Below, one piece after another: positions 30,369-41,196 of a DNA stretch of 64,000 bases. Numbering within the stretch: position 1 is the stretch's first letter; each line of letters begins with the position of its first letter. The notes beneath the pieces are model-generated. The model ran no database searches. It was not told the DNA's origin and saw only the letters and a program-made list of their open reading frames with translations. The translations under genes and the position numbers were made by a program. This DNA comes from an uncultured Planctomycetia bacterium (lineage in GTDB: Bacteria > Omnitrophota > Gorgyraeia > VGKH01 > JBHPFN01): NCBI GenBank assembly GCA_964406665.1, contig CAYOSQ010000001.1, forward strand, positions 71,412-135,411. The letters run 5' to 3'.

Positions 30369-33140
30369 ATGATGAGAAGCTTTAGGCTTAACAACAAGGG
30401 AGCAGCTCTTCTGCTAATTTCTCTTTTATCGCTTATAATGTTAGCGGTTATCGCAGGAGTTCTGTTTTCTCGCACTGTAGGAGAAAATCTGTTGGTTAAA
30501 AATGAACAGATCAGCTTTGAAGCACAGTATGCTGCAGAACAAGGAGCGGAGGCGGTATATTTAGAGCTATTAAATGCTCCGTTTCGTTCTCGGTGGTATA
30601 CACACGAAGTTCCCAATTTTCACTTTGGAGACAATACTTTGGATCAGGCGAATCCTCCTGTCGTTTCTACGGCCGATCTCGTAGTTCCCAACACCATGAT
30701 TAATACTTTAGGAGAATATGCTTCTACTGATGGTAGCAATGTCAGCTTTATTGCTAAAATATATAATGATCCTTCTACTTTATATTCCGGAAGAGAAAAA
30801 ATTATCCTGATAAAAGGTTTTAGCAGTGATGGAAGGCGCTCAAGATTATTGGCTGTTAAGGCTTCGATGCATTCTTTATTTGAATATTTTATGTTTGCCC
30901 CAACAACAGGAATAAATTTTGAAGGCGGTACTTTTGATGCCGGCGGAGGTAAAATTCATTCCGAAGGCGGGATGCAATTTTATTCAGGTGCAGAGATTAA
31001 TAATGTAAGTCAGCTAAGCACTTCCGGCGGATCATTTTTCTACTATACGTATCCACGCAGACCACCATTATGGATTGATCCTGTTGCTGGAGTTCCGCCA
31101 CCAGGAATGTTTACAGATGCCGACGGAAGAACTTTGGCTATGCGCGAAGATACAGGATCGCCGGATGGAACCACTTGGGCAGAGATATTTGCTCTTGGGC
31201 CTGATTTTGCTCCTGAAGACTATTGGCAACAGGGGTGGTGTGGCAATGCAGAAGCATTTGAGGAGTGCTCTTTTGATGTTCAGGCAGCCACTATGTATCC
31301 TGATACAGGCGCCGAAGGTCTCTTAGAGGATAAGTTTATACACCAAAGCACTACCGGTCGCTTAATGGGAGATAGGTATGGAGCTATTTGTTATAACCCG
31401 AATGTAGGTTATGAAACCAGTTGGGATTGTGCAGAGCTCTGGGGTACATATGAGGCAGGAGCGATTTGGGATATGGTTGATCCAGATTTTGATACTGATT
31501 CTGCAAGAGTATATATGTATGATGATTATGGATCATCTACGGAATTAAACAGTAGCGCAGCTACAATACAGCCCGTAGGCGCAGATCCTGTTAAGCTTCC
31601 TAACAGGCTTTTGGATTCTCCATATAGACGACCTAAATATTATACTGATCAGAATCAAGAGGGATATCGCCGCGAAGAACATGATGGGGAGCATTATGTT
31701 TATCCTGCTAATACAGGAGCGGGGGCATATGATCCGGAGGACATGGAAGGTACTTGTTCGGGTGAGGTATGTCCAGATGTTACATATCTTAACAGTCTTA
31801 AACAGCCGGAATCTTGGTCTACATTTTTGCAAGATACCGGATTATACGGAACTGTAATGGATGCTAACACAGGCGCACCAGAAGAAGGCATTGCTCCTCC
31901 GAGAATAGACGCTGATGCATTAAGGGATCTTGCCATGCAAGATGGCATTAGGATTATTAATACTGTGGATTCTGAGGAGTGGAATGATAATCCAGAACTA
32001 TATTATGAGAATCCTGACTTTACTTTGCAAGACAACGGAAGCTACCAGGTTATAATCAAGGGGCAGATTTACATGCCAAATCCAGAAGGCAAGATTATAG
32101 TTAATATACCTGGGTTAGGTTCAGTCACTCTGTTTGAAAAAATAGGGTTTTATCGCGCAATTGATACACACTACGAACAATCTGTCAAAATCGACGTAGG
32201 TAATCTTAAGGCTGCTATGGCGGAAGATCCTGATAATTTTGCCACAGATTTAAACTTTGCTTATTCCGATTACCCAGTAGCCTTGGTAAATGGAGAAAGT
32301 CTCCCAGAGGGTGGTTGGAGTGTTGTTTCCGACGGAGCAGTTTATATAACAGGTAATTACAATACCGTTGATTATCAACCAGCTATGGTTTTAACGCCGG
32401 TTAATAAAACATATCTGCTTGGTCCGGATTACGATTTTCCTGACTATGTTCCGTATACTTTGGAGCATGTAGACGAAAACTACAATATGCCTGATGGGGA
32501 ACAGGATTGGTGGAATAATAATTATAATGATCAGAAACCATCAGAAGTTAATGAGGATATGACATATCGTGTATCGATAATAGGTTATAATGCTGCAAAA
32601 ACTACTTGGTTGCGTTGGGAAAACAGTAATGAGATTTGGAGTGATTGGAATGGAGGGCCAGATCGTCCATGGATTACGAAAGAGATCGCAGGAACTTTGT
32701 ATCGTCTGCCGTATGATCCAAGTGCTTCTCCGGGTGACGAGGATTATTATAATCGTGTATACGACTATGGAGGTGTTGGTAGAATTGCAAGAAGAAAATG
32801 TACGGGTTGCAATGGCGTAGGTCATACCATGGGTATTGTTCCTGATGGAGCCGGATATGCTGTTTGTCGAGGTTGTTCGGAATGGTGTTTTACTCCAGGA
32901 GAAGGAGTGAGTGCGACTAACATAGGCTCTTTATGTGATAATTACGATGGCCCTCAAGCCTCTACTGGTACTAACAGCACTACTTATTCTTGGGAGCCAG
33001 ATTATATGAATGGTAATTTGCCGCCCCCTGATTTAGCAGGTATGAATTTTGCTGCCTGGATGTTGCTTGCGGACACACAAGAGAATTTTAATAATCACCT
33101 AAGTGCATTGCAAAGTGAGGAAACTGAAATTATAGAATAA
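30369..33140 (+). CDS. large (923 aa) PilX-like minor-pilin/tip-associated protein with C-terminal CxxC pairs
   Basis: N-terminal NNKGAALLLISLLSLIMLAVIAGVLFSRTVGENLLVKNE resembles PilX_N; C-terminal CTGCNGVGH...CRGCSEWC. Confidence 0.45.
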   Translation: MMRSFRLNNKGAALLLISLLSLIMLAVIAGVLFSRTVGENLLVKNEQISFEAQYAAEQGAEAVYLELLNAPFRSRWYTHEVPNFHFGDNTLDQANPPVVSTADLVVPNTMINTLGEYASTDGSNVSFIAKIYNDPSTLYSGREKIILIKGFSSDGRRSRLLAVKASMHSLFEYFMFAPTTGINFEGGTFDAGGGKIHSEGGMQFYSGAEINNVSQLSTSGGSFFYYTYPRRPPLWIDPVAGVPPPGMFTDADGRTLAMREDTGSPDGTTWAEIFALGPDFAPEDYWQQGWCGNAEAFEECSFDVQAATMYPDTGAEGLLEDKFIHQSTTGRLMGDRYGAICYNPNVGYETSWDCAELWGTYEAGAIWDMVDPDFDTDSARVYMYDDYGSSTELNSSAATIQPVGADPVKLPNRLLDSPYRRPKYYTDQNQEGYRREEHDGEHYVYPANTGAGAYDPEDMEGTCSGEVCPDVTYLNSLKQPESWSTFLQDTGLYGTVMDANTGAPEEGIAPPRIDADALRDLAMQDGIRIINTVDSEEWNDNPELYYENPDFTLQDNGSYQVIIKGQIYMPNPEGKIIVNIPGLGSVTLFEKIGFYRAIDTHYEQSVKIDVGNLKAAMAEDPDNFATDLNFAYSDYPVALVNGESLPEGGWSVVSDGAVYITGNYNTVDYQPAMVLTPVNKTYLLGPDYDFPDYVPYTLEHVDENYNMPDGEQDWWNNNYNDQKPSEVNEDMTYRVSIIGYNAAKTTWLRWENSNEIWSDWNGGPDRPWITKEIAGTLYRLPYDPSASPGDEDYYNRVYDYGGVGRIARRKCTGCNGVGHTMGIVPDGAGYAVCRGCSEWCFTPGEGVSATNIGSLCDNYDGPQASTGTNSTTYSWEPDYMNGNLPPPDLAGMNFAAWMLLADTQENFNNHLSALQSEETEIIE

Positions 33141-33167
33141 TATATATTGCCAGAGACTTTTATCTAC

Positions 33168-33200
33168 GCAGCCCTTTCTTTAAAGAATGGGCTGTTTTTT
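33168..33200 (+). terminator. rho-independent terminator after the pilin locus
   Basis: gcagccc...gggctg hairpin followed by TTTTTTT. Confidence 0.5.
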
Positions 33201-33217
33201 TCAGATAATATATTGCC

Positions 33218-33246
33218 CTTGACATTATTGAAATTTAATGCTATAT
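33218..33246 (+). promoter_or_regulatory. pyr operon promoter (TTGACA-17-TATATT)
   Basis: Consensus hexamers visible in the sequence. Confidence 0.4.
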
Positions 33247-33317
33247 TTCTACAAATACCTTTAAGCTGGTACTGTGAGACTGGCAAGGACAAGACATGAA
33301 AACAAAAAAACAACATT

Positions 33318-33350
33318 CAATAATGACCTCGAAAAACAATCGAGGTATTT
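33318..33350 (+). terminator. pyr leader attenuator terminator (putative PyrR-controlled)
   Basis: acctcg-aaaaacaat-cgaggt hairpin followed by ATTTTTTTG, 25 nt before the pyrR start. Confidence 0.5.
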
Positions 33351-33374
33351 TTTTGTCCACGAAAAACTAAAATA

Positions 33375-33914
33375 ATGAAAAATAATAAAAGAATTTTAGA
33401 TAAAACCAGCATCGAGCGCACCTTAAAACGCATTGCCCATGAAATCATTGAGAAGAATAAGGGTGTTTCAGATGTTTGCTTGGTTGGGATAAGAACAAGA
33501 GGCGTGTTTCTTGCTGAGCGTCTCAAAGAATACATACAACAAATAGATAGCAAAGATGTTGCGCTAGGTGTTTTAGATATCACTCTTTACCGTGACGATT
33601 TAACCTTAGTTGCTGAACAGCCGGTTATAAGGCAGACACAAATAGACTTTGATATTACTGATAAAAAAGTTATTTTAGTCGACGATGTGTTGTATACCGG
33701 ACGTACCATAAGGTCTGCGTTAGATGCTTTAATAGACTTTGGCAGACCTAAAACTATTCAGCTTGCGGTATTGATTGACCGCGGCCATAGAGAATTGCCT
33801 ATCCGGGCGGATTACGTGGGAAAAAATATTCCTACGGCTAAGACCGATACCGTAGAGGTAAGTCTTAGGGAACAAGATGACAAAGATGAGGTTGTAATAG
33901 TTGAGCGAGAATAA
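33375..33914 (+). CDS. pyrR: bifunctional pyr operon regulator / uracil phosphoribosyltransferase PyrR
   Basis: [21 protein letters not shown] PRTase motif. Confidence 0.9.
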   Translation: MKNNKRILDKTSIERTLKRIAHEIIEKNKGVSDVCLVGIRTRGVFLAERLKEYIQQIDSKDVALGVLDITLYRDDLTLVAEQPVIRQTQIDFDITDKKVILVDDVLYTGRTIRSALDALIDFGRPKTIQLAVLIDRGHRELPIRADYVGKNIPTAKTDTVEVSLREQDDKDEVVIVERE

Positions 33915-34845
33915 AACTATCTGGACAAAGAAAGATCTTATAGGTCTTAAAGAGTTAAGCGCAGAAGAAATCCTTTTGATTTTAGATACTGCTGCTTCGT
34001 TTAAAGAAATTTCTACCAGAGAAATCAAAAAGGTTCCTGCCCTAAGGGGTAAAACAGTAGTCAATCTTTTCTATGAGCCGTCTACTCGCACGCGCGTATC
34101 GTTTGAAGTTGCAGCCAAAAGATTATCCGCAGACGTTATCAATATTGCCACCGAAACATCCAGTGTTAAAAAGGGTGAAACTATAATAGATACAGGAAGA
34201 AACCTCCAAGCATTAAAAGCAGACATTATAGTTATGCGTCATAACTCTTCAGGATCTGTAGCTTTATTAGCTAAAAGTGTAGATGCAGGCGTGGTTAATG
34301 CCGGAGATGGTTGGCATGCGCATCCAACGCAAGCGCTTTTGGATATTTTTACATTAAGAGAGAAGATTGGCAATGTTAAAGGTAGGCACGTAGTTATCGT
34401 CGGAGATATTGCACATTCTAGGGTAGCGCGTTCCAACATCTGGGGATTGACCAGACTTGGTGCGACAGTAACAGTATGTGCTCCGCCACTACTAATTCCA
34501 CCGGGTGTTGAGCAAATGGGAGCGCGCATTAGCCATAATATTGATGAAGCAATTAAGGATGCCGATGCTGTTAATGTTTTACGCATGCAGTTTGAGAGAG
34601 ACGAAGGAAATGCTTTCCCTAGTCACATGGAGTATTTCAGTAAGTTTGGAATTACACAAGATAGACTGGATAAAATTAATAATGATATTATAGTTATGCA
34701 TCCCGGGCCGCTTAATCGCGGAATCGAGATATCCAGCGAAGTTGCCGATGGCCCTAACTCAGTTATTTTAGAACAAGTAACTAATGGGATTGCTGTACGC
34801 ATGGCAGTTCTATTTTTAGTTTCAAAAGGAAGCGAAAGACCGTGA
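33901..34845 (+). CDS. pyrB: aspartate carbamoyltransferase catalytic subunit
   Basis: STRTRVSFE and HPTQALLD motifs. Confidence 0.9.
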   Translation: MSENKTIWTKKDLIGLKELSAEEILLILDTAASFKEISTREIKKVPALRGKTVVNLFYEPSTRTRVSFEVAAKRLSADVINIATETSSVKKGETIIDTGRNLQALKADIIVMRHNSSGSVALLAKSVDAGVVNAGDGWHAHPTQALLDIFTLREKIGNVKGRHVVIVGDIAHSRVARSNIWGLTRLGATVTVCAPPLLIPPGVEQMGARISHNIDEAIKDADAVNVLRMQFERDEGNAFPSHMEYFSKFGITQDRLDKINNDIIVMHPGPLNRGIEISSEVADGPNSVILEQVTNGIAVRMAVLFLVSKGSERP

Positions 34846-36122
34846 ATATTTTAATTAAAAACGGAAATATTATTGATCCCGCAAACAATACTAATGAGAC
34901 GCTGGATATTTTAATAAAAGACTCTAAGATATTTAAGCTGGATAAAAATATTCAGGCGAAAGCAGATGAGGTGATAGACGCTAAGGATAAAAAGGTAATT
35001 CCTGGTTTAGTAGATATGCATGTGCATCTTAGAGAGCCGGGAAGAGAAGATCAAGAAACCATAGCCAGTGGTACTTCGGCAGCAGTAAAAGGTGGCGTTA
35101 CTTCTGTATTGGCAATGCCCAATACCGGGATTCCTGTTGATTCTATTGATGTTGTCAAGCTGGTTAAAGGTATTATCAAGAAAGATGCTAAAGCAAATGT
35201 TTTGATTGCAGGTGCGATTACTAAAGGGCGTTTAGGCAGAAAGTTAACTGATGTTGAGCAGCTTGTCGAAGAAGGCGCAATTGCAATTACTGACGATGGT
35301 TCTTCAGTAGATGATGAGAATATTTTCTCACAGGCCTTAAAGAAAGCTAAGACAGCAAAGTTGCTAACAATTTGTCACAGTGAAGATTCTCTGCTTGCAA
35401 AAAAAGGCGTTGTAAATTTAGGCCTAGTTTCTACAATTCTTGGTTTAAGAGGCGTATCAGCAGAATCAGAATATAAAAGAATTGAAAGAGATATTGCCTT
35501 AGCTGTAAAAGCTAAGGCCAAAATTCATATAGCACACGTTAGCTGTAAAGAATCTGTAGGCGTGATTGCCAAAGCGAAAAAGAAAGGTATTAATGTAACT
35601 GCAGAAACCGCCCCTCACTATTTCTCTTTATATGACGAGCTACTTTTTGATTACAATACCGATATGAAAATAAACCCGCCGCTACGCAGCAAAGCAGATG
35701 TAGAAGCGATAAAACAAGGGTTGTGCAGTGGAGCTATAGACTGTATAGCATCAGACCATGCACCACATACAGTTGCAGAAAAAGACCGTGTGTTTGATTT
35801 AGCTCCCTTCGGAACGATTGGCCTGGAGACTGCTTTGGCAGTTGCGATTACAGAGTTGATTGATAAAGATGTTTTAAGTTGGCTTGAGCTGGTTAAAAAA
35901 ATGTCTTTAAATCCCGCAAGGATACTTAAAACAAAAAAAGGCAATCTTACTCAAGGATCAGATGCGGATATTGCAATAATTGATCCGAAAAAAGAATGGG
36001 TAGTGTCTGTGGATAATTTTGTATCTAAGTCGCACAACTCTGCTTTTCTTGGAAGGAAGCTAAAGGGAGTAGTTGAGTACACTGTTGTCGGAGGAAAAAT
36101 CGCATATAAAAACCAAAAATAA
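34842..36122 (+). CDS. pyrC: dihydroorotase
   Basis: VDMHVHLREPG metal-binding motif and amidohydrolase fold. Confidence 0.85.
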   Translation: MNILIKNGNIIDPANNTNETLDILIKDSKIFKLDKNIQAKADEVIDAKDKKVIPGLVDMHVHLREPGREDQETIASGTSAAVKGGVTSVLAMPNTGIPVDSIDVVKLVKGIIKKDAKANVLIAGAITKGRLGRKLTDVEQLVEEGAIAITDDGSSVDDENIFSQALKKAKTAKLLTICHSEDSLLAKKGVVNLGLVSTILGLRGVSAESEYKRIERDIALAVKAKAKIHIAHVSCKESVGVIAKAKKKGINVTAETAPHYFSLYDELLFDYNTDMKINPPLRSKADVEAIKQGLCSGAIDCIASDHAPHTVAEKDRVFDLAPFGTIGLETALAVAITELIDKDVLSWLELVKKMSLNPARILKTKKGNLTQGSDADIAIIDPKKEWVVSVDNFVSKSHNSAFLGRKLKGVVEYTVVGGKIAYKNQK

Positions 36123-36259
36123 GATGTCCGTAAATGCAAATATCGGTTTTTTCAAAAAAGGGTCCGGTCAAGCCGGACGTTACTTTATATTGACCAATGT
36201 AAATAAATCAATTAAACTATTATTTATCAAACACGCCAAAATATTTATAGGATAACAAT

Positions 36260-37501
36260 ATGAAATTTATCGCAGACTTCCATATTCACTCTAAATACAG
36301 TCGAGCTACCAGCAGAGACATGGATGTGAAGAATATAGCTCACTGGGCAAAGCTAAAAGGTATTCAGCTTATGGGTACAGGAGATTTTACTCATCACCTT
36401 TGGCTGGAAGAGCTCAAAAATACTCTTGAATCACAAGACAATGGCTTGTTTGTTTACGGCGGAATAAATTTTATTCTTACTGCCGAGATAAGCAGTATTT
36501 ATTCTAAGCGTGGTAAAACATATCGTATTCATAATGTTTTATTCGCACCAAGCTTTGAAGTGGTTGATAAGATAAACAACGCTCTTTCTTCCATTGGTAA
36601 TTTAGCATCTGATGGAAGACCAATTCTCGGGCTTGATGCAGAAGAGTTGGTTAGGATAGTTATGGATATATCTTCGCAGTGTTTTGTGGTGCCGGCACAT
36701 ATTTGGACACCATGGTTTAGTGCATTTGGAGCAAGTTCAGGGTTTGATAGTTTAGAGGCGTGTTTCGGTAAACAAGTAAAGCACATACACTGTTTGGAAA
36801 CAGGTCTTTCCAGCGACCCGGCGATGAACTGGCGCTTAAGTGCAATTGACCACTGCAGCTTAATAAGTAACTCTGATTCTCATTCCCCTTCAAGAATAGG
36901 TAGAGAAGCAAATGTTTTTGACTGTGAGCTTACCTACGCCGATATAACTGATACGCTCAAATCAAAAGATAAAAAAAGGTTTTTAAGTACAATAGAATTT
37001 TTCCCGGAAGAAGGAAAGTATCATTACGATGGACACAGAAACTGTAACACCCGCCTTACTCCTGAGGAATCTCTGGAAAGAAATAATATATGTCCGAAGT
37101 GTAATAAACCTTTAACCATAGGAGTGATGCATCGCGTCACAAAATTAGCTGACAGGCCTATTGGCTTTGTTCCTGATAATGCAATTCCCTATAAGAACCT
37201 TATTCCTCTGGTGGAAATAGTTGCTGATGCAAAAGGACTTGCTACTAGAACTTCTAAGGCAGTAGAACAGGAATATTATAATTTAATCGGCAGGTTTGGT
37301 ACGGAGTTAGAAATATTATTAAATGTTCCAGAGGAACAGTTGCGTAGCTCTATTTCAAGCCGTATTGCTGAGGGCATTATGCGCGTTAGGCAAGGCAAGG
37401 TGCATATTTATCCAGGCTATGATGGTGAATATGGCAAGATAGAAATATTCGGAAAAGATGAACCAGAAGATAAAGGTGAAGAACAGCTAAGCATGTTTTA
37501 A
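36260..37501 (+). CDS. PHP-domain protein with C-terminal zinc ribbon (endonuclease Q-like / TIGR00375-like)
   Basis: MKFIADFHIHSKYSRATS PHP start; CPKCNKPL zinc ribbon. Confidence 0.45.
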   Translation: MKFIADFHIHSKYSRATSRDMDVKNIAHWAKLKGIQLMGTGDFTHHLWLEELKNTLESQDNGLFVYGGINFILTAEISSIYSKRGKTYRIHNVLFAPSFEVVDKINNALSSIGNLASDGRPILGLDAEELVRIVMDISSQCFVVPAHIWTPWFSAFGASSGFDSLEACFGKQVKHIHCLETGLSSDPAMNWRLSAIDHCSLISNSDSHSPSRIGREANVFDCELTYADITDTLKSKDKKRFLSTIEFFPEEGKYHYDGHRNCNTRLTPEESLERNNICPKCNKPLTIGVMHRVTKLADRPIGFVPDNAIPYKNLIPLVEIVADAKGLATRTSKAVEQEYYNLIGRFGTELEILLNVPEEQLRSSISSRIAEGIMRVRQGKVHIYPGYDGEYGKIEIFGKDEPEDKGEEQLSMF

Positions 37502-37547
37502 TCCGTGCCTACCAGAAAAATCTGAAATAGATGTAATTGTCAAGGAA

Positions 37548-38018
37548 ATGTCAAATCAAAAACAAATAAATGTAAGTGTAATAGGCGGTCATAAATGTTC
37601 TAATGAGGTGGAGCAGGATGCCCACAAAATAGGCATAAATATTGCAAAAGTGGGTGCTAAATTAGTATGCGGTGGGCTCAGCGGTGTTATGGAAGCTGCT
37701 GCAAAAGGAGCAAAAGAAGCCGGAGGCGTGACTATTGGAATATTGCCGGGAAGTGATAAAGCAGAAGCTAATCCGTATATTGATATAGCAATTCCGACTG
37801 CAATGGGTCATGCTAGAAATACATTAGTGGTACAGGCCGCTGATATTGTGGTTGCCTTACCCGGAGAACATGGAACTCTTTCTGAAATCGCCACAGCTCT
37901 AATTTACAAAAAGCCGGTTATAAGCTTAAATTCTTGGGATATAAAAGGAGTTATTAAAGTCACAACTGTAGAAGAAGCAATTAGGGAAATAAAAAAACAT
38001 TTAGGTAGATTTAATTAA
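37548..38018 (+). CDS. LOG/TIGR00725-family Rossmann-fold protein
   Basis: GGLSGVMEAAAKGAKEAGGVTIGILP and PGEHGTLSEI motifs. Confidence 0.5.
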   Translation: MSNQKQINVSVIGGHKCSNEVEQDAHKIGINIAKVGAKLVCGGLSGVMEAAAKGAKEAGGVTIGILPGSDKAEANPYIDIAIPTAMGHARNTLVVQAADIVVALPGEHGTLSEIATALIYKKPVISLNSWDIKGVIKVTTVEEAIREIKKHLGRFN

Positions 38019-38021
38019 TAG

Positions 38022-38423
38022 ATGAAAAGCATTAATATTAAAACTGGTTTTCAAACAGAACTAATAGATATAACAGGTAAGGTTCAGCGCGTAATCGATG
38101 CACAAAAAAATAAAGACGGAGTTTGCTTAGTGTTTATTCCGCATACAACTGCTGGTATTACCATTAATGAAAATGCCGATCCGTCAGTACAAAAAGATAT
38201 TTTGAAAGAATTGAATAAAGTAATTCCTTTTAATGATAATTATTCTCATGCAGAAGGGAATTCTGCGGCTCATATCAAAGCTTCTCTTCTAGGCTCGTCA
38301 GTAAATATTATTATTGAGAACGGTCAGCTGAAGCTAGGTACCTGGCAGGGGATTTATTTTGCTGAATTCGACGGACCCAGAAATCGAGAGGTTTGGATAG
38401 ATGTTTACGGAGGTAAGGGATAA
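38022..38423 (+). CDS. yjbQ: YjbQ/UPF0047 family protein (secondary thiamine-phosphate synthase enzyme)
   Basis: HTTAGITINENADPSVQKD...GTWQGIYFAEFDGPR motifs. Confidence 0.65.
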   Translation: MKSINIKTGFQTELIDITGKVQRVIDAQKNKDGVCLVFIPHTTAGITINENADPSVQKDILKELNKVIPFNDNYSHAEGNSAAHIKASLLGSSVNIIIENGQLKLGTWQGIYFAEFDGPRNREVWIDVYGGKG

Positions 38424-38426
38424 GTT

Positions 38427-39227
38427 ATGCCAGAGTTGCCAGAGGTTGAAACCATAAGAAAGGAATTATACAGAAACGTTTTAGGTAAAACAATTAATAG
38501 GGTTATTGTTAAAAATCCAAAAGTAATCAAAGAGCCTTCTCGGGATAAGTTCGTCAGGTTTTTAAAAAATGCCAGAATTAAAAATGTAATTAGAAAAGGA
38601 AAAAGCCTTATTCTTGGTTTCTCTAACGGAAAATTTTTAACAGTGCATCTGCGCATGACAGGGCAATTGGTTTATCCGGGAGCCGAGAACAATGCACGCG
38701 TAAGTTTTAAGCTTTCTGATGGGAACACCCTGGATTATAACGACCGGCGGCTGTTGGGAGAATTGCGGCTGGTTGATGATTGGAGTAAGATGAGGTTTTT
38801 TCAGGCTCTTGGCCCTGAGATTGTAGAGCTTACGCCGAAAGCCTTCAGCCAGATGCTTTCTAAAAAAACTACCAAGATCAAGCCTTTGATTATGGATCAA
38901 TCTTTCATTGCCGGAGTAGGGAATATCTATGCGGCCGAAGCATTATTTAGAGCGAGGATTCATCCCCAGAGGTCTGCTAAGTCGTTGTCTGGTAAAGAAA
39001 AACAATTGCTTTTTAAGGAGATAAAAGATACACTAAGTGAAGCAACAAAACATAAAGGTTCATCTATAGATCAATATGTAAGGCTCTCCGGAAAAAGTGG
39101 GGGGTATGAAAAATACCATAAGGTCTATGGGAAAGAGAACGAGCCCTGCCTTAAGTGCAAAGCAAAGATTAAGCGTATTGCTTTAGGTGGCAGGGGAACA
39201 TATTTTTGTCCAAATTGTCAAAAGTGA
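38427..39227 (+). CDS. mutM: formamidopyrimidine-DNA glycosylase
   Basis: MPELPEVETIRKEL N-terminus and a C-terminal zinc finger CLKC...CPNCQK. Confidence 0.85.
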   Translation: MPELPEVETIRKELYRNVLGKTINRVIVKNPKVIKEPSRDKFVRFLKNARIKNVIRKGKSLILGFSNGKFLTVHLRMTGQLVYPGAENNARVSFKLSDGNTLDYNDRRLLGELRLVDDWSKMRFFQALGPEIVELTPKAFSQMLSKKTTKIKPLIMDQSFIAGVGNIYAAEALFRARIHPQRSAKSLSGKEKQLLFKEIKDTLSEATKHKGSSIDQYVRLSGKSGGYEKYHKVYGKENEPCLKCKAKIKRIALGGRGTYFCPNCQK

Positions 39228-40024
39228 AACAACTAAAAAAAGCCCAATCACTAGTTAAAATCATCAGAAATCAAAGAATAGCTTCAGGTTATTTTAAAAT
39301 AACCCTATCTGCTCCAGCCATTGCCAAAGCCGCATTGCCCGGACAATTTATCAATATTAACGTCAGAGATGGATATGATCCCTTGTTAAGAAGACCACTT
39401 AGCATGCATAGGGTTTTGGATAAAAGAAACATAGAGTTATTGTTTGAAGTTGTGGGAAAAGGCACCAATGTTCTATCTCGCAAAAAGCCAGGGCAGTTAC
39501 TTGATGTTGTTGGGCCTTTAGGCAAAGGGTTTGATTTAAAAATACGCAGCACCTCAGACATTATTTTAGTTGCCGGAGGCATGGGTGTTGCCCCGCTTAT
39601 ATTCTTAGCTGATGAGCTTAAAAAGATAAAGAATCCAAAAGCAAAGATCATTGTTATGCTAGGGGCGCAGACAAAAAATAAGATTTTATGTGAAAAAGAA
39701 TTTAAGCAGATAGGTTGTGACGTTGAGATTTCTTCCGACGATGGCTCACGCGGATATAGGGGATTTATTGCAAGACTGCTTAATGAGAATCTGCATAAAA
39801 GAGATTGTATGCCAGCTGCTATTTTTGCCTGCGGTCCACATTTAATGCTTAAGGAAATATCCAGAATTTCTAAAAGATACAACATACCTACGCAAATATC
39901 TCTTGAAGAGCATATGGCTTGTGGTATAGGTGCGTGTTTTGGTTGTGCCGTGGCAACCATAGATGGATATAGAAGGGTTTGTAAAGATGGGCCTGTTTTT
40001 AACGTTGGAGATATAATTTTTTAG
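39206..40024 (+). CDS. pyrK: dihydroorotate dehydrogenase electron-transfer subunit
   Basis: FNR-like fold plus a C-terminal 2Fe-2S motif CGIGACFGCAV. Confidence 0.8.
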   Translation: MSKLSKVKQLKKAQSLVKIIRNQRIASGYFKITLSAPAIAKAALPGQFININVRDGYDPLLRRPLSMHRVLDKRNIELLFEVVGKGTNVLSRKKPGQLLDVVGPLGKGFDLKIRSTSDIILVAGGMGVAPLIFLADELKKIKNPKAKIIVMLGAQTKNKILCEKEFKQIGCDVEISSDDGSRGYRGFIARLLNENLHKRDCMPAAIFACGPHLMLKEISRISKRYNIPTQISLEEHMACGIGACFGCAVATIDGYRRVCKDGPVFNVGDIIF

Positions 40025-40035
40025 AGAGGTTTTAT

Positions 40036-41181
40036 ATGTCAAATAAACCGTTTGTATCCATAATTATTCCGATTAAGAATTTCGAGCGTACCATAGAGAA
40101 AACTTTTGAGTATTTGCTTAATATCGATTATCCCAAAGAATCTTGGGAAATCATTATTGCCGACGGTGGCTCTACTGATTCAACAATAAGAATTATCAAA
40201 GATTGGCAGAGTAGATATTCTTTTATCAAGCTGGTTGAGGTTCCTAACTGTCCTACCCCCGGCTATGCCCGTAATAAAGCTTTAGAGGCAGTTAAGGGAG
40301 AATTTATTTTCTTCACTGATGCTGATTGTGCTCCTTGCCCTGAATGGATAAATCTGATGTTGGGAATATTTCAGAAAGATGAAAAAATTGCAGCGGTAGG
40401 GGGAGAAGTTTATACGCTGCGCGTTGACCCAGATAACCTTGTAGAACTGTGGTGTGAACATTTTCGCTTTAACATGGTTGCTCCCAGGTATGGGTTTATT
40501 AAAGAAGGATATTTTCCTCTTTTGCCCGAAGACCCTTTGCCTTCAGATGTAGGAGGGCATCATGCATATTTCTTTGGAACTTGCAACGTTGCTTATAGAA
40601 AGAAAGCTTTAGATGAAGTGGGCGCGCGTTTCTGGGATAATCCTACCGGCGAAGATATGGATTTTAGTTTTCAGCATCAGAAAAAAGGATGGAAGTTTTA
40701 TTTTTTACCCAGCGCAAAGTTAGATCATATGCATCGCGCTGATTTGCGTTCCTTAAGAAAAGTTTGGGTAGCATACGGTGGGGCACACATGCCGCTGTTA
40801 AGTAAATACCTTAAGAAGAAACGCATGGAGATTATATTTCAGTTTTTAAAAGGTGCATCCATAAAATTCCACTTTCCTCTGGCTGGATTAATTTATCTGG
40901 GTAATTTTCATATGATGCATGTTTTTGGATTAAGTTTTATTGTGGGAATAGTTTTAAGCATTATTTTTTCTGGAATCGGCTTTAAGATATTTACTCTGCT
41001 TTCTTTAGGGCTGGCAATATATTTCGCACAGCAGTATGCAAAATGGATGTCTTATATGGAGCCAAAGAATAAATTCTTTACATGGTATAAAATGAAATAT
41101 CTTACAAACCTGAGTTTTTTTATCGGAGGTTTGAAAGAGTTCAAGAAGTATAAGATTCTTTGTATCGAGCCGAGTTTTTAG
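40036..41181 (+). CDS. family 2 glycosyltransferase with a C-terminal transmembrane domain
   Basis: VSIIIPIKNFERTIEKTFEYLLNIDYP...FTDADC GT-A motifs. Confidence 0.7.
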   Translation: MSNKPFVSIIIPIKNFERTIEKTFEYLLNIDYPKESWEIIIADGGSTDSTIRIIKDWQSRYSFIKLVEVPNCPTPGYARNKALEAVKGEFIFFTDADCAPCPEWINLMLGIFQKDEKIAAVGGEVYTLRVDPDNLVELWCEHFRFNMVAPRYGFIKEGYFPLLPEDPLPSDVGGHHAYFFGTCNVAYRKKALDEVGARFWDNPTGEDMDFSFQHQKKGWKFYFLPSAKLDHMHRADLRSLRKVWVAYGGAHMPLLSKYLKKKRMEIIFQFLKGASIKFHFPLAGLIYLGNFHMMHVFGLSFIVGIVLSIIFSGIGFKIFTLLSLGLAIYFAQQYAKWMSYMEPKNKFFTWYKMKYLTNLSFFIGGLKEFKKYKILCIEPSF

Positions 41182-41196
41182 TTTCAGGAGGGCATT

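Noticed and set aside
39289-39960. 223-aa minus-strand ORF
   Set aside because: Fully antisense to the well-supported pyrK; no motifs.
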